64,000 nt of DNA from an uncultured delta proteobacterium (lineage in GTDB: Bacteria > Desulfobacterota > Binatia > UBA9968), in assembly GCA_963816145.1 (NCBI GenBank), contig CAWFJP010000014.1, forward strand, positions 320,001-384,000, given 5' to 3'. Every line of letters begins with the position of its first letter. Within the stretch, counting starts at the first letter, position 1. The position numbers and the translations under genes are program-made. The notes under the pieces were generated by a model. That model did no database searches and had not been told where the DNA came from. It worked only from the letters and a program-made list of their open reading frames with translations. Positions 52,881 to 61,624 of the stretch are shown here, piece by piece.

Positions 52881-53270
52881 ATGATCTCTCCGGTTTACTT
52901 AGTCCTTGGCGGAATCCTGTTGCTTGTCACCTTGGGCCGGGTGGTTGTCCGCGGTGGAGCCAAAGGCACGGACTGGGCCCTCGAAACCGCGTTCATCCGT
53001 CTCGACTTTCCGCCTGAGCATAGAGCCGTGGCGCAGCAACTCGCCGCTGGCCTCGCCGAAGTGGTCGGCATGAAGATCAAACAATTATCGCCGGATCATA
53101 ACCTCGCCCAGATCGCCGATTGGGCCGATGACCATATATATGCCAAGGATTTGATCACGCTATTCCTCGTCGCCTTCGATGTCCGGTGCGACGCAAATAC
53201 GACTTTTCGCACTCTAGTCGAGAAGGTTGCCGAGAAGAAAGCGCTGGATAACACTAATGCCACGGCGTGA
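52881..53270 (+). CDS. Hypothetical protein with N-terminal membrane anchor
   Basis: 129-aa ORF with hydrophobic N-terminus; no recognised family. Confidence 0.55.
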   Translation: MISPVYLVLGGILLLVTLGRVVVRGGAKGTDWALETAFIRLDFPPEHRAVAQQLAAGLAEVVGMKIKQLSPDHNLAQIADWADDHIYAKDLITLFLVAFDVRCDANTTFRTLVEKVAEKKALDNTNATA

Positions 53271-53396
53271 TGGAGTCTCGGATGTTAATGTTCGGAGTTA
53301 TGATACTAGAATCGCGCAGCTTCAGTCGGCAGTTGCCAGCGGGCAGTTCAATCCTGGGCTAATAGCTGACCACTGACACCTGACGACTATTTCACC

Positions 53397-54068
53397 ATGA
53401 TTAAAGCGCTCATCTTCGATTTCGACGGCATTATCATTGACAGTGAAAGCCCGGAGCTATTGGCTTGGCAGGAAGTGTTCGCCGCGCATGGGCGGGAACT
53501 CGATCTGGAGGTCTGGGCCGATCTGGTCGGGCGGCCGCGCACTCATTTCGATCTTTACAGCTATTTCCAAGAGCAGATCGATCCATCTGCCGACATTGCC
53601 GCGTTGCGCAAGGATCGGCGCGCCCGCGTGATCGCGCTCACCGAGCAGCAGCCAGTACTGCCCGGTGTGCACGACTATCTGCGCGGCGCGCGCGATCTTG
53701 GATTGAAAATAGGCATGGCGTCCAGTTCGTCATCGGATCATGTGCATGGCCACTTGCAGCGGCTCGAGCTCATTCATTTCTTTCACACGACCAAATGTTT
53801 TGAAGATACCGAAGCTCATAAGCCCGAGCCGGCGCCTTATCAAGCGGTGCTCGACGAGCTTGGGGTCTTCCCTGACGAAGCGGTGGCGTTCGAAGATTCG
53901 CCCAACGGCGTGACCGCGGCGCGGGCCGCGGGCATCTTCTGCGTCGCCGTGCCCAATCCTGTCACCTGCCGTTTGTCTCTCGACCATGCTGACCACCGTC
54001 TAGCGTCGCTCGCCGAGGAACCGCTCGAACAAGTGCTGCGGCTGGCCTTGGCAAAGATCGAGTCGTGA
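53397..54068 (+). CDS. HAD family hydrolase (beta-PGM-like)
   Basis: IFDFDGIIIDSE, KPEP..Y, FEDSPNG. Confidence 0.9.
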   Translation: MIKALIFDFDGIIIDSESPELLAWQEVFAAHGRELDLEVWADLVGRPRTHFDLYSYFQEQIDPSADIAALRKDRRARVIALTEQQPVLPGVHDYLRGARDLGLKIGMASSSSSDHVHGHLQRLELIHFFHTTKCFEDTEAHKPEPAPYQAVLDELGVFPDEAVAFEDSPNGVTAARAAGIFCVAVPNPVTCRLSLDHADHRLASLAEEPLEQVLRLALAKIES

Positions 54069-54161
54069 AAATTACCGTCGGACACGGCGGAGCCGGCCGC
54101 TTGGTGAGCGGTTTGAGCGTGTGATGAATAGGGGTTGCCAAGTTATAGAAAAGGAATCGCG

Positions 54162-55157
54162 ATGCATAAACTTTTCGTCTTAATTCTCACTCTTGGCCTC
54201 GGCGTTCTCTCGTTTGCCGCGCCGGCGGCGGCGCAGCCGTTGGAGAAGTTGCGTTTGACCTACAGCGCCATCGGCGGATCGCAGGCGTCTTTCTGGGTTC
54301 CTTACGAAGCGGGCCTATTTCGCAAGTATGGACTCGACGTCGAATTGCTCTACGTCGCCGGCGGCGGCCGCGCCGCGCAGGTCGTGCAGTCGGGCGAAGT
54401 GCCCATCGGCGTGTTTACCGGCGGCGCGGTGATCAATTCCAACCTTGCCGGCGGCGATCTGGCGGTCATCGCCAGCTCGATGAACGTGATGACTTTCGCT
54501 GTCATGGCACGGCCCGAGATCCGTCGGGTCGAGGATCTCAAAGGCAAAAAGATCGGCGTGTCGCGCTTCGGTTCGGCCACCGATTTCGGCCTGCGTTACG
54601 TCGAAGAGCAGTGGCCGGTCAAGCGCCAGCGCGATTTTGCCGTGCTGCAAATGGGCGGCGTCAGCGACGTTTACAATGCGCTGCGCGCCGGAGTGTTGGA
54701 TGCGGCGGTGATCAATGCCGAGCTGGCGATTCTCGCCCGGCGCGAAGGTTTTCGCGAACTTGCCGACATCGCCAAGATGGGCATTCAGTTTCCGACTTCA
54801 TCGGTGATCACGACACGCAGTTATATCAAGCGAAATGAAAACACCCTGCGCAAATTCATCCGCGGTTTCGTCGAAGGCGTTCATTACGCTAAAACCCAGC
54901 GCGCGCCGACGATCAAGATCATGATGAAATACCTGCGCAGCAGCGACGCGTCGATGTTCAACGAGCTCTACGACATGTACATCCTGCAAAATATCCCGCG
55001 CATCCCGCGGCCGTCGCCGGAGTCCTTGAAGACCGTCATCGACCAGATGGCCGAAACCGATCCGCGAGTTGCGGGTTTAAAACCGGAGCAATTTATCGAC
55101 GGACGGTTTCTTGCGGAATTGGAGAAGGAAGGTATTATTCAAAAACTGTGGAAGTGA
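54162..55157 (+). CDS. ABC substrate-binding protein (NMT1/TauA-like)
   Basis: Signal peptide; KYGLDVELLY, DLKGKKIGVSRFGSATD. Confidence 0.85.
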   Translation: MHKLFVLILTLGLGVLSFAAPAAAQPLEKLRLTYSAIGGSQASFWVPYEAGLFRKYGLDVELLYVAGGGRAAQVVQSGEVPIGVFTGGAVINSNLAGGDLAVIASSMNVMTFAVMARPEIRRVEDLKGKKIGVSRFGSATDFGLRYVEEQWPVKRQRDFAVLQMGGVSDVYNALRAGVLDAAVINAELAILARREGFRELADIAKMGIQFPTSSVITTRSYIKRNENTLRKFIRGFVEGVHYAKTQRAPTIKIMMKYLRSSDASMFNELYDMYILQNIPRIPRPSPESLKTVIDQMAETDPRVAGLKPEQFIDGRFLAELEKEGIIQKLWK

Positions 55158-55178
55158 GAATTAGACGAACAAGATATG

Positions 55179-55228
55179 GACTAACACGATTCCTCTGACC
55201 CGGTATTGGGTCAAGCGGCAGGTTAGGC
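55179..55228 (-). mobile_element. attC-like site (degenerate)
   Basis: Minus strand GCCTAAC...TTGACCC-aatacc-GGGTCAG...GTTAGTC; R'' overlaps the DUF2283 stop codon. Confidence 0.6.
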
Positions 55229-55420
55229 CGTAATCTGCCCGTAGGAAAACTTCGGAATGTCGGTTCGCTCGCTCGCGTGCTCGATGGTTATCCCGCAGAT
55301 GTTGCCGCTATCGTCGAGATCAAGGATCGTGTTCTCATCAAGGTCTTTGGTTTCAGCCACTTCGATAGCGCGAAACTCGATGTATAGGGTGTCCGTGTCT
55401 TGAAAGTATTTGATCTTCAT
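55223..55420 (-). CDS. DUF2283 family putative antitoxin
   Basis: MKIKYFQDTDTLYIEF...ILDLDDSGNICGITIEHAS. Confidence 0.85.
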   Translation of the reverse strand: MKIKYFQDTDTLYIEFRAIEVAETKDLDENTILDLDDSGNICGITIEHASERTDIPKFSYGQITA

Positions 55421-55606
55421 GGCGTGAATGATCGGTCAAAAAACGCGTTGTGCACCGTTTCTCCGTCTGGTAGGAGTATAACCCTCAAGTACCTTCCCTC
55501 CGCCTCATCGATCGGTGCCCACTGACGAATGCGACCATCCTCATTGGATCACCTCCTTCACTGGGCGGTTTATGACAAACTCAATCCACACATCTGTAAT
55601 ATTAGC
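55417..55606 (-). pseudogene. 5'-truncated, frameshifted small toxin-like gene (DUF4258/RelE-like partner of DUF2283)
   Basis: WIEFVINRPVKEVIQ[+T at 55543]EDGRIRQWA...YLRVILLPDGETVHNAFFDRSF; TGA overlaps the antitoxin ATG. Confidence 0.65.
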
Positions 55607-55985
55607 CACTTCTTGCTTGCAGCGGTCTCAGAGTGACATTTCCACCGCGTTGGACTTGAACAGTCAGCTCATATCCCTCAACCAGAGACATTCCAACGAG
55701 CGGAAAAGTTTCGGCTTCGTCCACGGGAATGCGTCTTGGCTCTCCGTCCCAATCCACCGTGGCTTCGTAGATATCGAAAACGCTCTCACTGCCGTCTGCC
55801 AAAAGCGCACGACCTCGTTGGCGCCACGTCAAACCAAGTTGGGCGATAATGGACGATGGGAGACTAAGCCACCCGTCAAACCCTGTGTCGATAATCGCTT
55901 CGATCTCTTGATCTTGTCCGGTGGGACCACGCACCTTGAGGCGGATAACCGCTTCGCGGCGGTCCGTCACAATGCCGGTAATCAT
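55602..55985 (-). CDS. Retropepsin-like (clan AA) aspartic protease
   Basis: AIIDTGFDG, LADGS, PLVGMSL. Confidence 0.85.
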   Translation of the reverse strand: MITGIVTDRREAVIRLKVRGPTGQDQEIEAIIDTGFDGWLSLPSSIIAQLGLTWRQRGRALLADGSESVFDIYEATVDWDGEPRRIPVDEAETFPLVGMSLVEGYELTVQVQRGGNVTLRPLQARSG

Positions 55986-56254
55986 GCCGCCGGTAATCGT
56001 GGGTAGGAACCGAAGTGGCGAACATAACGGGAGCCAATCCGCCTCAACCATATCTGAGCGTCTGGAACCCGAGTCAAGAGGCGATCGGAAGCAGTTAATT
56101 CGTCACTGTCAACCTCAAAAGTCCCGGTTTCAATATCAATCGCAACGAATTTCCCTTCGTTCTCCGGTTCCAGAACGGAACGAAGTTTATTCTCATAAAT
56201 CGCATCGCCGCGGCAAGCGAACTCTTCTTTCGTGTAACGTGGCTTGGACTTCAT
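55982..56254 (-). CDS. Small DUF5678-like protein coupled to the aspartic protease
   Basis: EGKFVAIDIETG.FEVD..EL.A, WLRRIG; ATGA overlap with the protease. Confidence 0.7.
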   Translation of the reverse strand: MKSKPRYTKEEFACRGDAIYENKLRSVLEPENEGKFVAIDIETGTFEVDSDELTASDRLLTRVPDAQIWLRRIGSRYVRHFGSYPRLPAA

Positions 56255-56323
56255 CGTGGCAACCTCTTTTGGAACCTGATTTCAATATACATCAGCTCTG
56301 ACAAACTTACGAACTTGGTGAGT

Positions 56324-56377
56324 GGCTAACGTTGTGGTCTGCGGCGGCAAAGCCGTCCGCAGCACCTAAAGTTGGGC
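56324..56377 (-). mobile_element. attC site
   Basis: Minus strand GCCCAAC-tttag-GT[G]CTGCGG[A]CGGC-ttt-GCCGCCGCAGAC-cacaac-GTTAGCC: R'', L'', L' and R' boxes with two extrahelical bases. Confidence 0.8.
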
Positions 56378-56914
56378 GGCATTTGCGCGAACATGCGTGT
56401 ACTCGTCTTTCATCCCTTGCAGAAAGCTCCCTAGTTCCTGGCGAGAACAGAGGTGAAAAACTCTCTTATTTGCCACTTGCGAAACGTATGATCGGTACCG
56501 CGGTGTAAGACGCGTATGGCAAGGCCAGAGTACCCGATAACTTTGAATTGAACTGCTGATCACCGGACTTCCTTTGGGCCAGCCTGGTGAATCGACAAAT
56601 AGTCCTTTGACCAGCCGTTTCGTGACCCACAAAGCATGCATCGCCAAGGGTAAGTCCACGAGAACCAGTGTATCTGCTGCTTCAAACCTTTCCCACGCAA
56701 ACTTGATAGATTCAAAACCGTCGATGATCCATTTTTCGCGACTCACCAGCGCAGACTGCAGTTGAAGATACTCTTCGTGTGGAACCTCAGAACCTCCCGG
56801 CCGGAACTTGACCATATCGATCACGTAAAGAGGCAATCCGGTGATTGTCGCCAACTCACGGGCGAGAGTTGACTTACCGCCACCCGCGTTCCCGAATATC
56901 GCCACTCGCTTCAT
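56366..56914 (-). CDS. FlaR/topology-modulation-like P-loop kinase (gene cassette)
   Basis: GNAGGGKSTLA, WIIDG, ADTLVLVDLP; GTTGGGC core site 3 nt before the ATG. Confidence 0.8.
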   Translation of the reverse strand: MKRVAIFGNAGGGKSTLARELATITGLPLYVIDMVKFRPGGSEVPHEEYLQLQSALVSREKWIIDGFESIKFAWERFEAADTLVLVDLPLAMHALWVTKRLVKGLFVDSPGWPKGSPVISSSIQSYRVLWPCHTRLTPRYRSYVSQVANKRVFHLCSRQELGSFLQGMKDEYTHVRANAAQL

Positions 56915-56917
56915 GCG

Positions 56918-57061
56918 GCCCAACCATTGAGTGAACAGATCTCGTATATTGGAAATCCAACAATCACCAATTCGAAAATTACTCCTGCAATCAACAGCTT
57001 GTCAATTGTCACTGCGGCTCGTATATCCAATATCGCTAGTCTCGTATATTCAATATACGAG
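56918..57061 (-). mobile_element. Putative attI region
   Basis: GTTGGGC core (56924-56918); CTCGTATAT repeats at 56941, 57018 and 57041; palindrome CTCGTATATT-C-AATATACGAG at 57041-57061. Confidence 0.5.
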
Positions 57062-57078
57062 CACCGAGGACCCATGAC

Positions 57079-57195
57079 TTACAGACCGTCGGCCAGGTTC
57101 CGCATTTCCTTGCCGCCGCGATTTAGCACATGCGTAGAGATCATCGTCGTGCCGACACACCGCTGCACCAGTAAGTCCCGGGTCATAGACGAGCG
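57079..57195 (-). pseudogene. intI: Integron integrase C-terminal remnant
   Basis: Translates DLLVQRCVGTTMISTHVLNRGGKEMRNLADGL-stop, resembling IntI ELLGHxDVxTTMIYTHVLNRGG.GVRSP.D; catalytic Tyr is now Ser. Confidence 0.75.
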
Positions 57196-57268
57196 CAATT
57201 CTTCCAATTAGAATCGGCTCCATGACGAAAATTGACAGCTCAGTGATTTCGAGGAGAATTTCAATCCT

Positions 57269-57862
57269 ATGAGTAATTTGAACGGGCGGATCTGCGTTTT
57301 CACCGGCTCCCGTCATGGCCAACTTCCGGAGTATACCGACGCGGCGCGGCAGCTTGGCCGCCAATTGGTCGCGCATGGTTACGGCTTGGTTTACGGCGGC
57401 GGCAACGTTGGCTTGATGACGGTGATCGCCGACGCCGTTCTCGAATTGAGTGGCCATGTCACTGGCGTGATTCCCAATTCGCTGGTTAGCAAGGAAGTGG
57501 CGCATCTCGGCTTGTCCGATTTGCGCATTGTCGATTCGATGCATGAGCGCAAGGCGCTGATGGCGGAGTTGTCCGACGGCTTTATCGCCATGCCCGGTGG
57601 TATCGGCACCATGGAGGAGTTTTTCGAGGTGCTGAGCTGGGCGCAGTTGGGGTTGCATGAGAAGCCCTGCGCTTTGCTCAATGTCGCCGGTTATTACGAT
57701 CCACTAGTTCAGTTTCTCGACCACGCCGTTGAGCAGGATTTTATCAAGCCGAAGCATCGAGCTTTGATGATTGTGGAAAGCGATCCGGGCCGGCTGCTCG
57801 ATCGCTTTGGCGAATTGATTGACGTTCATCCGGCCAAGAGATTTGATCCGAAATTGACGTAG
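57269..57862 (+). CDS. LOG family nucleotide phosphoribohydrolase (TIGR00730)
   Basis: LVYGGGNVGLM, MHERK, PGGIGTMEE. Confidence 0.92.
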   Translation: MSNLNGRICVFTGSRHGQLPEYTDAARQLGRQLVAHGYGLVYGGGNVGLMTVIADAVLELSGHVTGVIPNSLVSKEVAHLGLSDLRIVDSMHERKALMAELSDGFIAMPGGIGTMEEFFEVLSWAQLGLHEKPCALLNVAGYYDPLVQFLDHAVEQDFIKPKHRALMIVESDPGRLLDRFGELIDVHPAKRFDPKLT

Positions 57863-57915
57863 TTGAAGAACAATCGACGATGGGGGGTGTCTTAGCTTCA
57901 CGGGAATAGAAGGTT

Positions 57916-57992
57916 TGTCATGCCGGCGCACGCCGGCATCCAGTTGTTTGCCACCCCGCCGCACCTGGATACCGGCCTGCGCCGGTATGACG
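57916..57992. repeat. CGTC-type palindromic repeat
   Basis: tgtcatgccggcgcacgccggcatccag...cctggataccggcctgcgccggtatgacg. Confidence 0.75.
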
Positions 57993-58046
57993 AAAAGAAC
58001 ACTAGACGAATTAAACTATGAGGTGGCAGCAACAATCGGAGGAATC

Positions 58047-59066
58047 ATGCCACGCTTCCTTTGTCTGACGCTTTTGCTCGGTTGCAGCATTCACTGTCAT
58101 CTTTTCACCGCCGCGTGGGGACAAACCGTTGCGTCGCCGACAGCCTTGGTCGAAGCCGCAAAAAAAGAGGGGCAGGTGGTTTTCTACACGCCGCTCAACA
58201 TCAACGACTCGCGGCCATTGTTGCAGCGCTTCGAGCAGAGATATCCGTTTATCAAGACCGAGCTTTTGCGCATGAGCGCGGAGCCGCTGCTCAATCGCAT
58301 CCTTACCGAAGATCGCGCCGGACGAAACGTCGTCGATGTGATCAATAACACTGTGATCAACGCTTTGAAAAAAGCCCGCTTGCTGCAGGCTTATCGCTCG
58401 CCTGAGTTTCCGGCTTATCTCGATCAGTTCAAAGACGCCGAGGGCTACTGGGCCTCGCTCAACAATAATTATTATGTCCTCGGCTACAACACCAAACTGG
58501 TAAGCGCCAAAGAGGCGCCCAGCGATTGGCAGGACCTGCTTAATCCCAAGTGGCGCGGCAAGATTGGCATGGATCAAGAAGAGATCGAATGGTTTGCCGC
58601 CACCGCCGACGCCTGGGGACGCGAGCGCGCGGGCAACTATCACCGCGCCCTGGCGCAGCAGCAGATTCATTGGCGCAAGGGCCACACTTTGATTTCGCAG
58701 CTGATCGCGGCTGGCGAGTTTCCTCTCGGCATCGTTTACGCGCACCGTATCGAGTCGATGAAAAAGGCCGGCGCGCCCATCGAATGGATAAAGACCGTCA
58801 ATCCGGTGTTCGTGGCGATGTCGCCGGTGGCTGTCGCTGCCAAAGCGCCTCACCCGAACGCGGCGCGCTTGCTGCTCGATTTTCTCCTGTCCAAGGATTC
58901 CCAGCAGTTTTTGCGCAACTCCAACCGGGTTTCCGGCCGCGCCGATATCGAACCGCTGGTTCCCGAGATGCATCATAGCAAACTGAAACTGTTCGCCATC
59001 GATCCGCAGATCGGCGAGGATCTGAATCGCCATACCAGCGAATTCCGCGAGATTTATTTTCGCTAA
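58047..59066 (+). CDS. Extracellular solute-binding protein (Fe3+/AfuA-like)
   Basis: AKKEGQVVFY, YNTKLV, DLLNPKWRGKI, APHPNAARLLLDFLLS. Confidence 0.85.
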   Translation: MPRFLCLTLLLGCSIHCHLFTAAWGQTVASPTALVEAAKKEGQVVFYTPLNINDSRPLLQRFEQRYPFIKTELLRMSAEPLLNRILTEDRAGRNVVDVINNTVINALKKARLLQAYRSPEFPAYLDQFKDAEGYWASLNNNYYVLGYNTKLVSAKEAPSDWQDLLNPKWRGKIGMDQEEIEWFAATADAWGRERAGNYHRALAQQQIHWRKGHTLISQLIAAGEFPLGIVYAHRIESMKKAGAPIEWIKTVNPVFVAMSPVAVAAKAPHPNAARLLLDFLLSKDSQQFLRNSNRVSGRADIEPLVPEMHHSKLKLFAIDPQIGEDLNRHTSEFREIYFR

Positions 59067-59095
59067 CCCGCATAGCTCGGACTCGGAATCGACTC

Positions 59096-59205
59096 TCGCA
59101 AAGGCGCAAAGACGCTAAGTTAGGAGCGGAATTTTAGAGCGTTCTCGCGAATGCTCGGCACCCTTCTTTTCTTTTCCGAACTTTGCGGCCTTTGCGCCTT
59201 TGCGA
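59096..59205. repeat. Inverted GCAAAG-unit hairpin
   Basis: tcgcaaaggcgcaaag ... ctttgcgcctttgcga. Confidence 0.7.
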
Positions 59206-59312
59206 GATATACTCCGAAATTTCGCTGCTAATTGCTGAGCAAGTGCTACCATTTTACCTGCGATCTCTGCTATTCAAATTAGATACCTGAAGATAAGGAG
59301 CGGCTTGTTGTA

Positions 59313-59818
59313 ATGGACTCGAATGTAAAGATTCTAACCAATCTTGAGCGCCGAACGTTGGAGGCGATTGCCGAGCGGATTTTTCCCAAGACCGATAGCC
59401 CGGGCGCCGTGGAGATCGGCGCGTTGGATTACATCGAGATCGCGCTGGCGGGCGATTATGCGGCGTTGCTGCCGCTCTATCGCGCTGGTTTGCGGGCGTT
59501 AAATCGTTACGCCAAAGTGAAGTGCGCCGGGCAGTTCGCCCGGCTCGACGGGCAGCAACAGGATCGACGTTCTCAAAGACTTCGAATCCGGCTCGGATAG
59601 CGGGATTCAAAAAAGCCGCGGAGTTTTTCGAGACGGTCAAATATCATGTTTTCGAAGGCGTATTTTGCGAGCCGCATTATGGCGGTAACAAAAATATGGA
59701 CGGCTGGCGTGTCGTCGGTTTTCCCGGTCAGCAGTGGGGTTATCCCGATCCTTACATCAACAAGCCGGTCGACATCGAGCCGGTGGCGGTGGATTACACC
59801 AAAGCGGAGGTCAAGTAG
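59313..59818 (+). pseudogene. Gluconate 2-dehydrogenase subunit 3 family, two +1 frameshifts (or sequencing errors)
   Basis: AIAERIFP..D.PGA...YI in frame 1; IDVLKDFESGS in frame 2; FFE...EGVFCEPHYGGNKNMDGW..VGFPG in frame 3. Confidence 0.75.
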
Positions 59819-59819
59819 C

Positions 59820-61520
59820 ATGGCGGATTCCATTGCGGATGTTTGCATTGTCGGCGTCGGCGGCATGGGCGGCATCATGGCCAAGGAGCTGGCCTCCGCC
59901 GGTTTGAAAGTGGTCGGCTTCGAGCGCGGTCCGGCACCGAAGAAAGAGGACTACGCGCCGCGCGACTCGATTCGCTTTTTGATCCGCCCCGAGCAACTCG
60001 AATGGGTGCGCCATGAACCGACGACGACGCGGAAGAAGGCCGGACAAAAAACCAACTTGCAATACCGCACCAGCCCCTTGAACGTGTTAGGCGGGGCGCT
60101 GCTGCATTGGACTGGGCAGTCGTCGCGCTATATGCCCGGTGACTTCAAGCTCCATAGCAATGAAATCGAGAGCGGCAACGCCGAGCGCGCCAAGGCGGAT
60201 CTCACCGGCTACGATATTATCGACTGGCCGCTCAGTTACGACGATCTCGAACCGTATTACGAGAAGTTCGAGTGGGAGTTCGGCATCTCCGGACAGGCGG
60301 GACTCAATCCTTTCGCCGGGCCGCGCAAGCGCGGCTTCCCGCTGCCGCCGCTGCGCCACAGCGGCAAGATGCAGTTGTTTGCCGAAGCATGTAAAAAACT
60401 CGGCTATCATCCCTACGACACCGCGGCGGGCATCGCTTCCGAACCTTACAAGCCGGTGGCGCCGTTCGATACGCGCATTGGAGAACGGCCGGCCTGCGTT
60501 TACTGCGCGCACTGCAACTTCTACGGTTGTCATGTGCATGCTAAGTCGGCGTCGCTCTATATTACAATTCCGGTCGCGCTGCAGACCGGCAACTTCGAGC
60601 TCAAGACCAATACAAAAGTCTGCCGCATCAACAGCGACGCCAGCGGCCAGGTGACCGGCGTGAATTACTTTGACGCTGACGGCTCTGAGCATGAGCAACG
60701 CGCGCGAGTGGTGATCTTGAGCGCGTTTATCTTCGAGCATGCGCGTTTGTTGCTGTTGTCGAAAACGGATACCGGCAAGTTCGCCAAAGGGTTGGCCAAC
60801 TCGAGCGGTTACGTCGGCCGCAATATTCTCGCCCATGGCGACGTCCGCGCCATGGGGGCTTTCGACGACTTCATCGTCAACGGTTACATCGGACCGGGAT
60901 CGGCGGCCATGCGTATCGACGATTTCAACGGCAACAATTTCGATCACACCGGCTTGGGCTTTATCCGCGGCGGCACCATCGGCACCAGCGGCGATGGCAC
61001 GCCGGTAACGCGGGTCGATGTCCTGCCGCCGGACGTGCCGACCTGGGGCAGGGAGTTCAAAGAATTCTACACGCGCTATTACAACCGGATCATGGATCTG
61101 AACATGCAGCCGGAGACCTTGCCGCACAAAACCAATCGCATCGATCTCGATCCGCGCGCGCGCGACCGCTGGGGATTGCCGCTGCCGCGGGTGACCTTCG
61201 ATTTTCACCAGAACGAGCACCGGCTGCAAAAGTACATGGCCGGTGTCGGCGATCGCATCATGCGCGCCACCGGCGCGAGCAAGGTGTGGACGGAGGAGAA
61301 GGGCCGCCCCAACCGCTGGGCCGGCGGCACGCGGATGGGTGCCAACCCGAAAAATTCCGTCGTCAACCAATATTGTCAGACCCATGATATTGCCAATCTC
61401 TTCATCGTCGGCGCTTCGGTATTCCCGACCATGGCCGGTTATCCGCCGACCGCGACCGTCGCGGCGCTGAGTTATCGGACCTCCGAGTTTATCTTGCGGC
61501 AGAAAGATTGGTTCAAGTAG
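59820..61520 (+). CDS. GMC oxidoreductase (gluconate 2-dehydrogenase flavoprotein-like)
   Basis: IVGVGGMGG, DWPLSYDDLEPYY, CVYCAHC..YGC, GGTRMG, SVVNQYCQ. Confidence 0.88.
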   Translation: MADSIADVCIVGVGGMGGIMAKELASAGLKVVGFERGPAPKKEDYAPRDSIRFLIRPEQLEWVRHEPTTTRKKAGQKTNLQYRTSPLNVLGGALLHWTGQSSRYMPGDFKLHSNEIESGNAERAKADLTGYDIIDWPLSYDDLEPYYEKFEWEFGISGQAGLNPFAGPRKRGFPLPPLRHSGKMQLFAEACKKLGYHPYDTAAGIASEPYKPVAPFDTRIGERPACVYCAHCNFYGCHVHAKSASLYITIPVALQTGNFELKTNTKVCRINSDASGQVTGVNYFDADGSEHEQRARVVILSAFIFEHARLLLLSKTDTGKFAKGLANSSGYVGRNILAHGDVRAMGAFDDFIVNGYIGPGSAAMRIDDFNGNNFDHTGLGFIRGGTIGTSGDGTPVTRVDVLPPDVPTWGREFKEFYTRYYNRIMDLNMQPETLPHKTNRIDLDPRARDRWGLPLPRVTFDFHQNEHRLQKYMAGVGDRIMRATGASKVWTEEKGRPNRWAGGTRMGANPKNSVVNQYCQTHDIANLFIVGASVFPTMAGYPPTATVAALSYRTSEFILRQKDWFK

Positions 61521-61541
61521 AATAGAAGAAAATCCGGAAAG

Positions 61542-61610
61542 ATGGAGTGTCGGAGTATTGGAGTGTTGGGTAACCGGACCCACTACTCCACCGCTCCATT
61601 ACTCCAGCTC
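61542..61610. repeat. Inverted GGAGT(G/A)TT octamer arrays
   Basis: atggagtgtcggagtattggagtgttggg ... cccactactccaccgctccattactcca; related at about 14701-14720. Confidence 0.65.
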
Positions 61611-61624
61611 CCCAAGGAGTTGTT

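Noticed and set aside
56927-57211. 94-aa plus-strand ORF
   Set aside because: It overlaps the attI-like repeats and the antisense of the intI remnant, with no coding signature
60087-61583. Long antisense ORFs (also 17590-18777, 58011-59033, 14051-15052, 32775-33740)
   Set aside because: They are shadows of well-supported genes in GC-rich DNA with no family motifs
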